Shown: positions 12,148 through 28,584 of the stretch, one piece after another
How positions within the stretch are numbered: the first letter of the stretch is position 1
Layout of the letters: the number at the start of each line of letters is the position of its first letter
From: Macrostomum lignano
Taxonomy: Eukaryota
Assembly: GCA_002269645.1 (NCBI GenBank)
Contig: NIVC01002728.1
Location: 1 to 64,000 of the forward strand
Direction: 5' to 3'
DNA length: 64,000 nucleotides
Notes under the pieces: model-generated
What the model saw: the letters and a program-made list of their open reading frames with translations, nothing else
What the model was told of the DNA's origin: nothing
Database searches by the model: none
Translations under genes and position numbers: made by a program

Positions 12148-12807
12148 GAGAGGAGCCTATCCTAGTGAATTGTGCCTCTGCTCCGAGCTGTTAGTGTCCG
12201 ATGATGCCAGTTCGATTTTGATTGCAACAGCTGGAATTATTTTCATCCTTGATGTTGAATAATTTTGTCAGAATTTTTTCATCTCGTTACTGAAAATTAA
12301 AAATGGATATTGCGATGCTACAAATGCTAGAATAGTGAGAGAATGTTCATAACTTCTATTGAAAGTGTCAGAGCCGAAATCAATCCACAATCATTCGCTG
12401 CTACAGTGTGTGCGCAGCAGAAAATTCCCACACTCCGGTGCGGGAATAAAATCTGGGAAATAATAATAGATAATACTAACGGGAAAAGCAAGGCGCTGTA
12501 CACATAGAGAGGCCAAATAAAAATTCTGCGCATGCTTAATACGCAGGTTTACGACTTTCATACTTCCACTTCTTCTAGCCGTAAAAAAAACTTGCAGTGT
12601 GAAGCTCAGTTAAGGGACAGGGCCTGCCGCATTCTCCAGGCAAGCTGCAAGCTATTACAATCCGGTTTTTCCGGTTAGAGGCTTTCTGCGCTGCAGTATT
12701 CTTATATTCTCATCAGCTACTGTCAGTAGAGTGTTGAAAACTGATGGCCTACTGCCTTTAGTTTGAGCATATGCTGTTCTAATGTAACTCTGAAAGCGAC
12801 TTCAACT

Positions 12808-14283
<1,476 letters not shown>

Positions 14284-14784
14284 GAAGGATCGCAGAGAAT
14301 GGCACACAGAGACCGTGCTGTACATGTAATTCATTCACGCAAGAATGAGACCTGCTCGCCTATTTAAAAATGAATGAGCTCAAGTCCCAAGCTTCATTCA
14401 TTATCATTCCGGGCTGACAGCCTCTGCGCCCCAGAAGCTCTGATCGCCAGCCGGGAATCCTATTTATAAAAGGTCACGTGCGCAAGCATCAGATGATGGC
14501 GCTGGCCTTGAGAATGCAAAACCAGTCGCTCACGGAGAAGGAATTCTCTGTCATGGTTTGTGACTCAGGCAGTGATGTGAATCTTTAGTCTCCGAGATAT
14601 GAGTGCCAGAGGCCTTGTGGATGCATTCTAAATTAATAAAACAATAATTATGTCGTTTTAGGTAAAATTGTATTTTTTTAAATCTCTGTGAAAATCATAA
14701 CCGTGTGTTTAACCCCTCGATCATAACGCCTCTCTGTTTCAGCGGCTCATTTATCTGTTTTTTTGCCTTCCACTTAACCAACTC

Positions 14785-15535
14785 TCTTCCTCTCCATCTC
14801 CCTCTCCATCTTCCTCTCTATCTCCCTCTCCATCTCCCTCTCCATCTCCATCTCCATCTCCATCTCCATCTTCCTCTCTATCTTCATCTTCATCTCCATC
14901 TCCATCTCCATCTCCATCTCCATCTCCATCTCCATCTCCATCTCCATCTTCCTCTCCATCTCCATCTCCATCTCCATCTCCATCTCTATCTCCATCTCCA
15001 TCTCCATCTCTATCTCCATCTCCCTCTCTATCTCCATCTCCATCTCCATCTTCATCTCCATCTCCCTCTCTATCTCCATCTCCATCTCCATCTTCATCTC
15101 CATCTCCCTCTCTATCTCCATCTTCATCTCCATCTCTATCTCCATCTCCATCTCCATCTCTATCTCCATCTCCATCTCCCTCTCTATCTCCATCTCCATC
15201 TCTATCTCCATATCCATCTCCCTCTCTATCTCCATCTTCATCTCCATCTCTATCTCCATCTCCATCTCCATCTCTATCTCCATCTCCATCTCCATCTCTA
15301 TCTCCATCTCCATCTCCCTCTCTATCTCCATCTCCATCTCTATCTCCATCTCTATCTCCATCTCCATCTCTATCTCCATCTCCCTCTCCCTCTCCCTCTC
15401 CCTCTCCCTCTCCCTCTCCCTCTTACTCTCCCTCTCCCTCTCCCTCTCCCTCTCCCTCTCCCTCTCCCTCTCCCTCTCCCTCTCCCTCTCCCTCTTACTC
15501 TCCCTCCCGCTCTCCCACTCTCTCTATCTCTCTCT
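14785..15535. repeat. (CATCTC)n hexamer grading into (CCTCTC)n
   Basis: Direct reading; explains the HL/ME/LP ORFs. Confidence 0.95.
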
Positions 15536-15963
15536 CCTTGCATCTCCTTCTTCTCTCACCTCTCTACCCTTCTTTTTCGTCTCCCTCTTTATCCACTACT
15601 TATTCCGCTACCATGATTACTTCATTCCTCTGCCCCTCTTACATGAATATCGTGTCTCTCCATTCGTTGTGTCTGGTCTATTTTCTTCTATTCTCTCGCA
15701 CCTCTCTCACTTTTAGATTGACAAAGTGCAACAACAACATTAGTGTGTACTGCTTGCTGGTCTGCCTTCTCTCCCATGCTGTTTAAAGGTTCCTCCGCGA
15801 ATCACGCAGTTTTGATATTGAATTCAATCGTTGAACCAATAATTTCCCTCGGGACCTACGGCCCGAAATGAGTTCTACCGTTTGAAATCAATGCTTTGCC
15901 ATTGGGGCTGAGAGGGTGGTCTGGTTTGAGTTGAAATGAGAAAATCTGTTTTTGCCTCTGCAA

Positions 15964-16572
<609 letters not shown>

Positions 16573-16985
16573 TATTACTCCCATTTCCAACGCAGAGCTC
16601 CGTAAAAGAAGGAAAAGCTCCGGCTTCACTTCCAGAGAAGCAATTATTTTCATTACTAAAAGCAAAAGCGCTGGCCCCTCAAAAGAGCCAAATTGACTTT
16701 ATTGCGAACAAAGCTGGTTGTGATTTCTGTAGTAGCAGAAGAGCCGCAGCGATTTTCCATTGGGAACAGCCTGTGGTGCAATTTTACGACTGTTTTAAAG
16801 AGATTGCATTGCAAGCTTCCGGAGTGGAACTGCAAGTCACATTCTATTAGGGGGACACGCTTGGCACACGGACTGTGTCATCAGCTTCTCCTCGGCTGCC
16901 TCATCCTTCTCTCTCTGCTTGTCTCCTCGTTTCGCTTGCGGTTCCACATCGCTTCAGTCGGGCTTCATTTCGATTTGCTTTGCCA

Positions 16986-17614
<629 letters not shown>

Positions 17615-18164
17615 GCCAGTTTGAGAAAGGCATTGCACCCTAATTTCTACAACAGCCCAAATGCTTCGAGTTTCCAAAAGCCAGTCTGAGAGACGGATGG
17701 CTGTTTGAAATTAATTTTCTTCAAGCCGGTAAGCGCCCCAACCCCCCGTGCCAACTCCACCTCAGCAGACGGGGGATCCACAGTCAGGAAATCGAGGGTG
17801 TGCGAGAATGAAGAAGCGAGGAGAAAAAAATAGAAGAACAGAAGTACTTGAGCGTTACTTCGCTCGCTTATTGAGAGACCTCGGAAATTAATCAATAGAT
17901 TGCTCGGCGCAGCATAGGGCGGGGCCGCGGGTCGCAGATGCACTGCCAGAAGATGAGAAAAATTATTGAGAAGGAGAAAAATGTGGAAATTGGATAGCAA
18001 TCAGGGCTGGGTTCGCCGACGAGAGCGGGGAGAAAGGTGAAGGTCTGTACGCTGACTCTCAGTTTTGTTATAAGACGAAAAATTCCCGAAATAAGACATT
18101 GGTAGTTGTCATGACTACCAGATTAGAATTAGTTCCCGAGTAGTCAGTAGGTAAAGTGAATTAA

Positions 18165-18860
18165 GCCTGAAAGTGAGATACAATGAGATCCTGAAGGTGA
18201 GATACAATGAGATCCTGAAGGTGAGATACAATGAGATCCTGAAGGTGAGATACAATGAGATCCTGAAGGTGAGATACAATGAGCCTGAAGGTGAGATACA
18301 ATTAGCCTGAAGATGAGATACAATGAGATCCTGAAGGTGAAATACAATGAGCCTGAAGGTGAGATACAATTAGCCTGAAGATGAGATACAATGAGATCCT
18401 GAAGGTGAGATACAGTGAGATCCTGAAGGTGAGATACAATGAGATCCTGAAGGTGAGATACAATGAGCCTGAAGGTGAGATACAATTAGCCTGAAGATGA
18501 GATACAATGAGATCCTGATGGTGAAATACAATGAGACTGAAGGTGAGATACAATGAGATCCTGAAGGTGAGATACAATGAGATCCTGAAGGTGAGATACA
18601 ATGAGATCCTGAAGGTGAGATACAATGAGATCCTGAAGGTGAGATACAGTGAGATCCTGAAGGTGAGATACAATGAGATCCTGAAGGTGAGATACAATGA
18701 GCCTGAAGGTGAGATACAATTAGCCTGAAGATGAGATACAATGAGATCCTGAAGGTGAAATACAATGAGACTGAAGGTGAGATACAATCAGTCTGAAGGT
18801 GAGATACAATGAGACTGAAGGTGAGATACAATGAGCTTGAAGACGAGATACGATAAGCCT
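18165..18860. repeat. 24-bp minisatellite (gagatcctgaaggtgagatacaat) with shorter variants
   Basis: Direct reading. Confidence 0.95.
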
Positions 18861-19704
18861 GAAGTTAAGCCAGATGGAGAGCTTCCAGGAGTCTGAAAAG
18901 GCAACCTAACTTACATGTAAACTAGAAAAGTTTCCTTCGACATCAATAAATCAGTTTTTTGAGAATGTGCGATTGATTGCTACAAAAAGGATATCTTAGT
19001 CTGTCTGCTTTGATTTGAAAAATTAGGCCATTGATCCTAGACTATTGACCTCAAATTTAGTCTGGCCATCGGCCTTCAATTCTTAGTTCCTAGTTGAGCT
19101 TAAAGTCGTTTTTCTACTTGAAAAACTTGAAATCCTAAACTGGGAATAAAATTAAAAGTGCACTCAATCTGCCTGGCGCCCAGAGTCTGCGTAGTCGAAA
19201 GTATTGAAAGCGCCTGGGCCTTTGCCAACCAGACAAATGGGCTGAAAATTCCTATTCAAGCAAGTATTTAAACTTCTGTAGAAAAAGAATAACTCCTTTC
19301 AAAGATTTTTATGGCCAAACCTGGGCTGGAGCGCAGATTAAAGTTATAAATAAAAGAATACATAATGGGAGCTCACCTATTTGAATGGCTGGGCATCGTG
19401 TGCGTGGAGGAAAATATTTTGAACTAAGCATTCGGTGCCTCGGTTCCTGGAGTTCAGCTGAGGACTGGGGAAATCAGAGTTTTACATTCCCTGGGGGAGG
19501 GGGGGGGCTCGGGTGTTCCAGGATTTTCGGCCAATCAGTGAGTTAGAAAAGCTGGGCTCCATCTATAGGTCATACTGTCGGACATAGGGCCAGATAGAAT
19601 CGACAGAAAGAGTGACTGTACGTTGAGGATGGAAAAGGGAATATTCTGCGGGTTAACAATACTAAATATTAGTCCCACTTTAGACAACTACTTAAACCAG
19701 AAAC

Positions 19705-20192
19705 TTAACAAACCACAACCTTCACAACCCACAACCCTAAAAAACACAAACCTCACAAACCAAAGCTTTGACAAACGGAACCTCCACAAGCCACAGCCTT
19801 CACAAACCACAAGCATCACAAACCATAACCTTCACAAACCACAACCATCATAAACCACAGCCATCATAAACCACAACCATCATAAACCACAACCATCATA
19901 AACCACAACCATCATAAACCACAACCATCACAAACCATAACCTTCACAAACCAAAACCATCACAAACCAAAACCATCACAAACCACAACCATCACAAATC
20001 ACAACCTTCCAAAACAAAAACCTTCACAAACCACAAGCATTACAAACCACAACCTTCACAAACCACAAGCATCACAAACCACAACCATCATAAACCACAA
20101 CCATCACAAACCACAACCATCACAAACCACAACCTTCACAAACCACAAGCATTACAAACCGCAACCTTCACAAACCACAAGCATCACAAACC
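19705..20192. repeat. ~16-bp AC-rich minisatellite (ccatcataaaccacaa)
   Basis: Direct reading. Confidence 0.9.
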
Positions 20193-20609
20193 ATTCAGAA
20201 TAAAACCTTGAAATCGCAATAAGAATTGTTTAAAAAAGACTTCTGAAAAGGTCTCTCAAACAGTGGAAACTTGGTTAGACGTTTCATCCAATCTCTATCA
20301 GAAATAAGTTAGAATTGACAAAAAGCTGGGATCAGAAATTTGACAAGCGATCTAATCAAGGTCTGTCTTAATTGAAGACGTGGTTTGCTGCTCGAAATCT
20401 TAATCTGCTAAGACCGTTTCTTGCGACATTTCGTTGATTAGTAGATTTCCTCGTCATCTTTTTTTAGTCTAAAACTTAAAGAAGACGAGCCTGCCAGCTG
20501 GGAAAAGAATGGCCATCTACGATCTTGATCTTATTTGTTGCTGGATTGTATTTGCAACTTTTTGAATTCATTAGTGTCTTCAAAGTTTCGTTGGAGTGCC
20601 TTTTGAGTG

Positions 20610-21560
20610 TCTTGAATTAGGCAACCGTGTCGTGAATTAGGCAACCGTTTCTTGAATTAGGCAACCTTATCTTGAATTAGGCAACCGTATCTTGAATTAG
20701 GCAACCGTATCTTGAATTAGGCAACCGTATCTTAAATTAGGCAACCGTATCTTAAATTAGCCAACCGTGTCTTTATTAGCCAACCGTGATTTAGGTAACT
20801 GTGATTTAGACAACCCTGAATTAGGCAACCGTATCTTCAATTAGCCAACCGTGTCTTTATTAGGCAACCGTGATTTAGGTAACTGTGATTTAGACAACCC
20901 TGAATTAGGCAACCGTGTCTTTATTAGCCAACCGTGATTTAGGTAACTGTGATTTAGACAACCCTGAATTAGGCAACCGTGTCTTGAATTAGCCAACCGT
21001 ATCTTAAATTAGGCAACCGTGTCTTTGTTAGGCAACCGTGATTTAGGCAACTGTGATTTAGACAACCCTGAATTAGCCAACCGTATCTTAAATTAGGCAA
21101 CCGTGTCTTTGTTAGGCAACCGTGATTTAGGCAACTGTGATTTAGACAACCCTGAATTAGGCAACCGTGTCTTGAATTAGCCAACCGTATCTTAAATTAG
21201 GCAACCGTGTCTTTGTTAGCCAACCGTGATTTAGGTAACTGTGATTTAGACAACCCTGAATTAGGCAACCGTGTCTTTATTAGCCAACCGTGATTTAGGT
21301 AACTGTGATTTAGACAACCCTGAATTAGGCAACCGTGTCTTTATTAGCCAACCGTGATTTAGGTAACTGTGATTTAGACAACCCTGAATTAGGCAACCGT
21401 GTCTTTATTAGCCAACCGTGATTTAGGTAACTGTGATTTAGACAACCCTGAATTAGGCAACCGTGTCTTGAATTAGCCAACCGTATCTTAAATTAGGCAA
21501 CCGTGTCTTTGTTAGGCAACCGTGATTTAGGCAACCGTGATTTAAGCTTTCGTGATTGAG
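20610..21560. repeat. Minisatellite of 15-20 bp ttaggcaacc monomers forming a 64-bp higher-order unit
   Basis: 20-bp monomers at the left; gtgatttagac recurs at 21241, 21305 and 21369 (period 64). Confidence 0.93.
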
Positions 21561-22218
21561 GCAATTAACCGTAATTTACTCAACCGTAACAGTTTACACT
21601 CTGAAAGTGTATTGTCGCTTTGATTTGCCAAGATTGATGTTGATTAATATTTTTCCTTCAGCTTCCCTTAGCTATATTATATACACATACGAGAATATAC
21701 TTAAACTACTTGAGAACTAATCAATAAAAATCAACATCGCATAAGGTCTATAATTATAAGACAGCATAACAACATAACCAGTCGTCAGGTCCTTGTAGGA
21801 CGAGTCCATCTAGGTCAATCTCGGCAAGGCGCATCTGTAAACAGATCGATTCTGTTATGTTTAGATTCGGTTTTAGCCCCATGGAGGGAGACGGATGTGG
21901 CAGTGCGAAAATGTATCAACTAACAAAGTGAAAGAAAGAATAGTGCGGTTGAGAGAGAACAAAGGAGAAAAAATCGCGTATATTTCTACAAGTTGACACA
22001 AAAACTGTTGCCAGGGCGTTGGGTCGGAGGCTGGCCCAGTGGAAGAGAATCCCCTCCTGTACAGCAGAAGTGTAAACTAATTCTTTACACAGTCCATCCC
22101 CTTTTCTCGTTCCAGCTAATGGATAGGGGGTGAATCATACTGAGGGAAGAGGAATAGGAAGGAGCTAAAACAGCTTTGGGAGTTCAAGGAGGTCAGGATA
22201 AAGCAACCGGATGGGGAA

Positions 22219-22400
22219 GGGGGGCGTAGCCTAGTGCCAGCGGCCCAGGCTCGATTCCAAGTGCAGTCACATTAATTTGGGCCAACCCCCCAAGGCACAG
22301 TGAAGTGTACATACCTAACGATAATTAAAGTTAGGGCCGCTGTACACTCCTGTGTGAGTGTGTGCCTGCGCGTATGACTACGTACGTATCCGCGCGCTTG
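22219..22400 (+). mobile_element. Possible tRNA-derived SINE remnant
   Basis: gggggcgtagcctagtg is a tRNA-like 5' end with an A-box (22227-22236); ggctcgattcc is B-box-like (22248-22258). The spacing is too short for a tRNA. Confidence 0.35.
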
Positions 22401-22924
22401 TGTGCCTGCTCAGGGGAGTCGGCGGAATGGGCAGCAATGCCTCTCGCCGGTTGTGCGACAATGTGATTTCCACTCCAATGATTTAGTTCTAGATCTCCAT
22501 GGCAATCTGCAATCAGACCCTTATAGAATATTTTAATGTCTCGGGCATGAGGTTCACACAGAACTGGGCCAACAGATTTCAGCTTTCAGCTTTTGCCAGC
22601 GTACAGAATTGTTAAGCAAGCATCGAATGAAGTATAGTCGTGAGGATTTCACCCATTTGCGCATTTACCCCCCCCCATCGCGTCTGCCTCATCAGCTGTC
22701 CCAGCAGGCCTGATGTGCAAACAGACCAATGACAAATGCTCAAAGGCTGATAAAAGATAAAAACATGATCGCTGAATGGAATGGGAAGAGACCAAGAGGA
22801 GAATTATCCTGTCAGAGCGCTGAGATTCTGCTGCAATCGGAGCCGGTCGCGAGAAAGATGGAATGCGGGCAGACTGGAATCGGCGGGCCTGAGCCTCGCA
22901 GGCCTCCCTTCCTCTCAGTTCTTC

Positions 22925-23090
22925 TCTGATCACCTCTCCCCCTCCCTCTCAGCTCTTCTCTGACCACCTCTCCCCCTCCCTCTCAGCTCTTCTCTGACCA
23001 CCTCTCCCCCTCCCTCTCAGCTCTTCTCTGACCACCTCTCCCCCTCCCTCTCAGCTCTTCTCTGACCGCCTCTCCCCCTCCCTCTCAGCC
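22925..23090. repeat. 34-bp pyrimidine-rich minisatellite (~5 units)
   Basis: agctctt recurs at 22951 and 22985. Confidence 0.85.
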
Positions 23091-24054
23091 CTCACTTCTC
23101 TACCTCTCACTTTCTCACTGGCTACTTTTCACCCTCCCTCTTACCCCTTTCTCTCCTATGACTAACTCTCACCCCATCTCTCATTCCACTGGCTACCTCT
23201 CACCCTGCCTCTCAGCTCCCACTTCTCTACCTCTCACTTTCTCACCCTCCCAATCCTCTGGCTACCTCTCATCCTCCCTCTCTCACTCTCACCTATTTTT
23301 TAAATGCCTCTCAGTGTCTCCCTTCCTTCCACCCGTTCAATATGCAGCTCAATTCATTCATTTCCCACTCACAAAAGTTCCTTTCAATTTTAATTGCCGT
23401 CATTGCACAGGCCCTTTCAATAATTTTTTTCTCTTTCTATCTCTCTCTCTCTTTCTCAATCTCCCTTTAGGTCTCCCGTTTTGAATCCCCCTACAAAATG
23501 GATATCGTAATCTGGTAAACAGAATTTTCCAGTCTAGAAGGGAACGACAGAGAGAGAGAGAGAGAGAGGGGGGAGAAGCAGACTGACTGACTGATATGTT
23601 CTCGCGCGAATAGTGTACAACACACAGACAGCCTCGATCCACATCTTTGTCGGGGGTCCCCCCAGAGCGCGCGTTTGTCACGGCACGTTGATTAAATAAT
23701 CTAATTCATTACGTAGCACTCAGACCAGTGGCCGCAGCTCTGGATAGACTCACTCTGGTCCGGAGAATCCCCTGTGAGGCATTTTCCACACAGCCCAACC
23801 GCTCTAATAGATTCCCTCGCTGCGCTACAACTTCAGTCTGCAGTCTCAAGTTTTTCCTATTCCCATATCCACACTGTTCCTATCCCCATCTGGCTTTGTT
23901 GCTTACTGGGTTGGCAATTGCTTTTAGTTTTAGCGCTGACAGCAAAATATGGATTATTGACTAGCTGGGTATGGTTCCTGTTGCTCTCATTCGGTTATCT
24001 GTGAATTAATTAGCATGGATAGCAGAAGTGATGATAGGGTGTCGGATAAAAATA

Positions 24055-24745
24055 ATAGACTGTCAGTGTAAGGTGTCAGGATAGACAGTAGGGTGTCAGG
24101 ATAGACAGTAGGGTGTCAGGATAGACAGTAAAGTGTCAGGACAGACAGTAGGGTTTCAGGATAGACAGTAGGGTGTCAGGATAGACAGTAGGGTGCCAGG
24201 ATAGACACTAGGGTGTCAGGAGAGACAGTAGGGTTTCAGAATAGACAGTAGGATGTCAGGATAGATAGTAGGGTGTCAGGATAGACAGTAAGGTGTCATG
24301 ACAGACAGTAGGGTGTCAGGATAGACAGTAGGGTGTCAGGAGAGACAGTAGGGTGTCAGGATAGACAATAGGGTGTCAGGATAGACAGTAGGGTGTCAGG
24401 ATAGACAGTAGGGTATCAGGATATACAATAGGGTGTCAGGATAGACAGTAGGGTGTCAGGATAGACAGTAGGGTATCAGGATATACAATAGGGTGTCAGG
24501 ATAGACAGTAGGGTATCAGGATATACAATAGGGTGTCAGGATAGACAGTAGGGTATCAGGATATACAATAGGGTGTCAGGATAGACAGTAGGGTATCAGG
24601 ATATACAATAGGGTGTCAGGATAGACAGTAGGGTATCAGGATATACAATAGGGTGTCAGGATAGACAGTAGGGTGTCAGGATAGACAATAGGGTGTCCGG
24701 ATAGACAGTAGGGCATCAGGATATACAATAGGGTGTCAGGATAGA
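24055..24745. repeat. 20-bp minisatellite (gggtgtcaggatagacagta)
   Basis: Direct reading. Confidence 0.96.
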
Positions 24746-25161
24746 GAAACTGAGTATTATTTCTAATCTTGTGAATAGTCTGCTCATCCATGAAAACCCA
24801 GCAAGTCAGTAATGCCCTAATTGCGTTCTCTTTTTGTAGAACAGGACATTCCTTAATCCTGATTTAGGAGAACTGTGTCAGTCAGATTATACCCAACCCT
24901 CTGAGCCACCAAAGACATTCCAGTTAATAAATGATTAACAAGTTCTTAATCGGATTTTTATGCAAGCGCACTGCTTAAATTAGCATATTTAATTATAGGA
25001 AATGAGCATTTCTTAGAATCCTTAGGAAGTTTGAATTTGAAGAAATTTCTTACAAGATTTGCTTAATCTGCTTCTTTGAGAACGGAACAAATCGAATGGG
25101 ATTTTCGAGACCGAAAGATGGAGCCGACTTACTCATTATCTTTTAGCCTGAAGTTCAGTAA

Positions 25162-28100
25162 GACTCTCAGCTGTCCTCTGTACCTTCAGGTGGACTGTCT
25201 CAGCTGTCCTCTGTACCTTCAGGTTGACTGTCTCAGCTGTCCTCTGTGCCTTCAGATGGACTGTCTCAGCTGTTCTCTGTACCTTCAGATGGACTGTCTC
25301 AGCTGTCCTCTGTACCTTCAGGTGGACTGTCTCAGCTGTCCTCTGTACCTTCAGGTGGATTGTCCCAGTTGTCTCCTGTACCTTCAGGTGGACTGTCTCA
25401 GCTGTCCTCTGTACCTTCAGGTGGACTGTCTCAGCTGTCCTCTGTGCCTTCAGATGGACTGTCTCAGCTGTTCTCTGTACCTTCAGATGGACTGTCTCAG
25501 CTGTCCTCTGTACCTTCAGGTGGACTGTCTCAGCTGTCCTCTGTACCTTCAGGTGGACTGTCTCAGCTGTCTCCTGTACCTTCAGATGGACTGTCTCAGC
25601 TGTCTCTGTACCTTCAGATGGACTGTCTCAGCTGTCCTCTGTACCTTCAGATGGACTGTCTCAGCTGTCCTCTGTACCTTCAGGTGGACTGTCTCAGCTG
25701 TCCTCTGTACCTTCAGGTGGACTGTCTCAGCTGTCCTCTGTACCTTCAGATGGACTGTCTCAGCTGTCCTCTGTAACTTCAGGTGGACTGTCTCAGCTGT
25801 CCTCTGTACCTTCAGGTGGACTGTCTCAGCTGTCTCTGTACCTTCAGATGGACTGTCTCAGCTGTCCTCTGTACCTTCAGATGGACTGTCTCAGCTGTCC
25901 TCTGTACCTTCAGGTGGACTGTCTCAGCTGTCCTCTGTACCTTCAGGTGGACTGTCTCAGCTGTCCTCTGTACCTTCAGATGGACTGTCTCAGCTGTCCT
26001 CTGTAACTTCAGGTGGACTGTCTCAGCTGTCCTCTGTACCTTCAGGTGGACTGTCTCAGCTGTCTCTTGTACCTTCAGATGGACTGTCTCAGCTGTCCTC
26101 TGTGCCTTCAGGTGGACTGTCTCAGCTGTTCTCTGTACCTTCAGATGGACTGTCTCAGCTGTCCTCTGTACCTTCAGGTGGACTGTCTCAGCTGTCCTCT
26201 GTACCTTCAGGTTGACTGTCTCATCTGTCCTCTGTAACTTCAGGTGGACTGTCTCAGCTGTCCTCTGTACCTTCAGGTGGACTGTCTCAGCTGTCCTCTG
26301 TACCTTCAGATGGACTGTCTCAGCTGTCCTCTGTACCTTCAGGTGGACTGTCTCAGCTGTCCTCTGTACCTTCAGGTGGACTGTCTCAGCTGTCCTCTGT
26401 ACCTTCAGATGGACTGTCTCAGCTGTCCTCTGTAACTTCAGGTGGACTGTCTCAGCTGTCCTCTGTACCTTCAGGTGGACTGTCTCAGCTGTCTCTTGTA
26501 CCTTCAGATGGACTGTCTCAGCTGTCCTCTGTGCCTTCAGGTGGACTGTCTCAGCTGTTCTCTGTACCTTCAGATGGACTGTCTCAGCTGTCCTCTGTAC
26601 CTTCAGGTGGACTGTCTCAGCTGTCCTCTGTACCTTCAGATGGACGGTCTCAGCTGTCCTCTGTAGCTTCAGGTGGACTGTCTCAGCTGTCCTCTGTAAC
26701 TTCAGGTGGACTGTCTCAGCTGTCCTCTGTACCTTCAGATGGACTGTCTCAGCTGTCTCTGTACCTTCAGATGGACTGTCTCAGCTGTCCTCTGTACCTT
26801 CAGATGGACTGTCTCAGCTGTCCTCTGTACCTTCAGGTGGACTGTCTCAGCTGTCCTCTGTACCTTCAGGTGGACTGTCTCAGCTGTCCTCTGTACCTTC
26901 AGATGGACTGTCTCAGCTGTCCTCTCTAACTTCAGGTGGACTGTCTCAGCTGTCCTCTGTACCTTCAGGTGGACTGTCTCAGCTGTCCTCTGTACCTTCA
27001 GATGGACTGTCTCAGCTGTCCTCTGTGCCTTCAGGTGGACTGTCTCAGCTGTTCTCTGTACCTTCAGATGGACTGTCTCAGCTGTCCTCTGTACCTTCAG
27101 GTGGACTGTCTCAGCTGTCCTCTGTACCTTCAGGTTGACTGTCTCAGCTGTCCTCTGTAACTTCAGGTGGACTGTCTCAGCTGTCCTCTGTACCTTCAGG
27201 TGGACTGTCTCAGCTGTCTCCTGTACCTTCAGATGGACTGTCTCAGCTGTCCTCTGTACCTTCAGATGGACTGTCTCAGCTGTCCTCTGTAGCTTCAGGT
27301 GGACTGTCTCAGCTGTCCTCTGTACCTTCAGGTGGACTGTCTCAGCTGTCCTCTGTACCTTCAGATGGACTGTCTCAGCTGTCTCTGTACCTTCAGATGG
27401 ACTGTCTCAGCTGTCCTCTGTACCTTCAGATGGACTGTCTCAGCTGTCCTCTGTACCTTCAGGTGGACTGTCTCAGCTGTCCTCTGTACCTTCAGGTGGA
27501 CTGTCTCAGCTGTCCTCTGTACCTTCAGATGGACTGTCTCAGCTGTCCTCTGTAACTTCAGGTGGACTGTCTCAGCTGTCCTCTGTACCTTCAGGTGGAC
27601 TGTCTCAGCTGTCTCTTGTACCTTCAGATGGACTGTCTCAGCTGTCCTCTGTGCCTTCAGGTGGACTGTCTCAGCTGTTCTCTGTACCTTCAGATGGACT
27701 GTCTCAGCTGTCCTCTGTACCTTCAGGTGGACTGTCTCAGCTGTCCTCTGTACCTTCAGGTTGACTGTCTCAGCTGTCCTCTGTAACTTCAGGTGGACTG
27801 TCTCAGCTGTCCTCTGTACCTTCAGGTGGACTGTCTCAGCTGTCTCCTGTACCTTCAGATGGACTGTCTCAGCTGTCTCTGTACCTTCAGATGGACTGTC
27901 TCAGCTGTCCTCTGTACCTTCAGATGGACTGTCTCAGCTGTCCTCTGTACCTTCAGGTGGACTGTCTCAGCTGTCCTCTGTACCTTCAGGTGGACTGTCT
28001 CAGCTGTCCTCTGTACCTTCAGATGGACTGTCTCAGCTGTCCTCTGTAACTTCAAGTGGACTGTCTCAGCTGTCCTCTTGTACCTTCAGATGGACTGTCT

Positions 28101-28584
28101 CAGCTGTCTCTTGTACCTTCAGATGGACTGTCTCAGCTGTCCTCTGTGCCTTCAGGTGGACTGTCTCAGCTGTTCTCTGTACCTTCAGATGGACTGTCTC
28201 AGCTGTCCTCTGTACCTTCAGGTGGACTGTCTCAGCTGTCCTCTGTACCTTCAGATGGACTGTCTCAGCTGTCCTCTGTAACTTCAGGTGGACTGTCTCA
28301 GCTGTCCTCTGTACCTTCAGGTGGACTGTCTCAGCTGTCTCTTGTACCTTCAGATGGACTGTCTCAGCTGTCCTCTGTACCTTCAGGTGGACTGTCTCAG
28401 CTGTCCTCTGTACCTTCAGGTGGACTGTCTCAGCTGTCCTCTGTGCCTTCAGATGGACTGTCTCAGCTGTTCTCTGTACCTTCAGATGGACTGTCTCAGC
28501 TGTCCTCTGTACCTTCAGGTGGACTGTCTCAGCTGTCCTCTGTACCTTCAGGTGGACTGTCTCAGCTGTCTCCTGTACTTTCAG
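25162..28584. repeat. 33-bp minisatellite, ~100 units (ctgtctcagctgtcctctgtaccttcaggtgga)
   Basis: Direct reading; explains all overlapping SGGLSQLSSVP/CPLYLQ/CTFRW ORFs. Confidence 0.98.
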
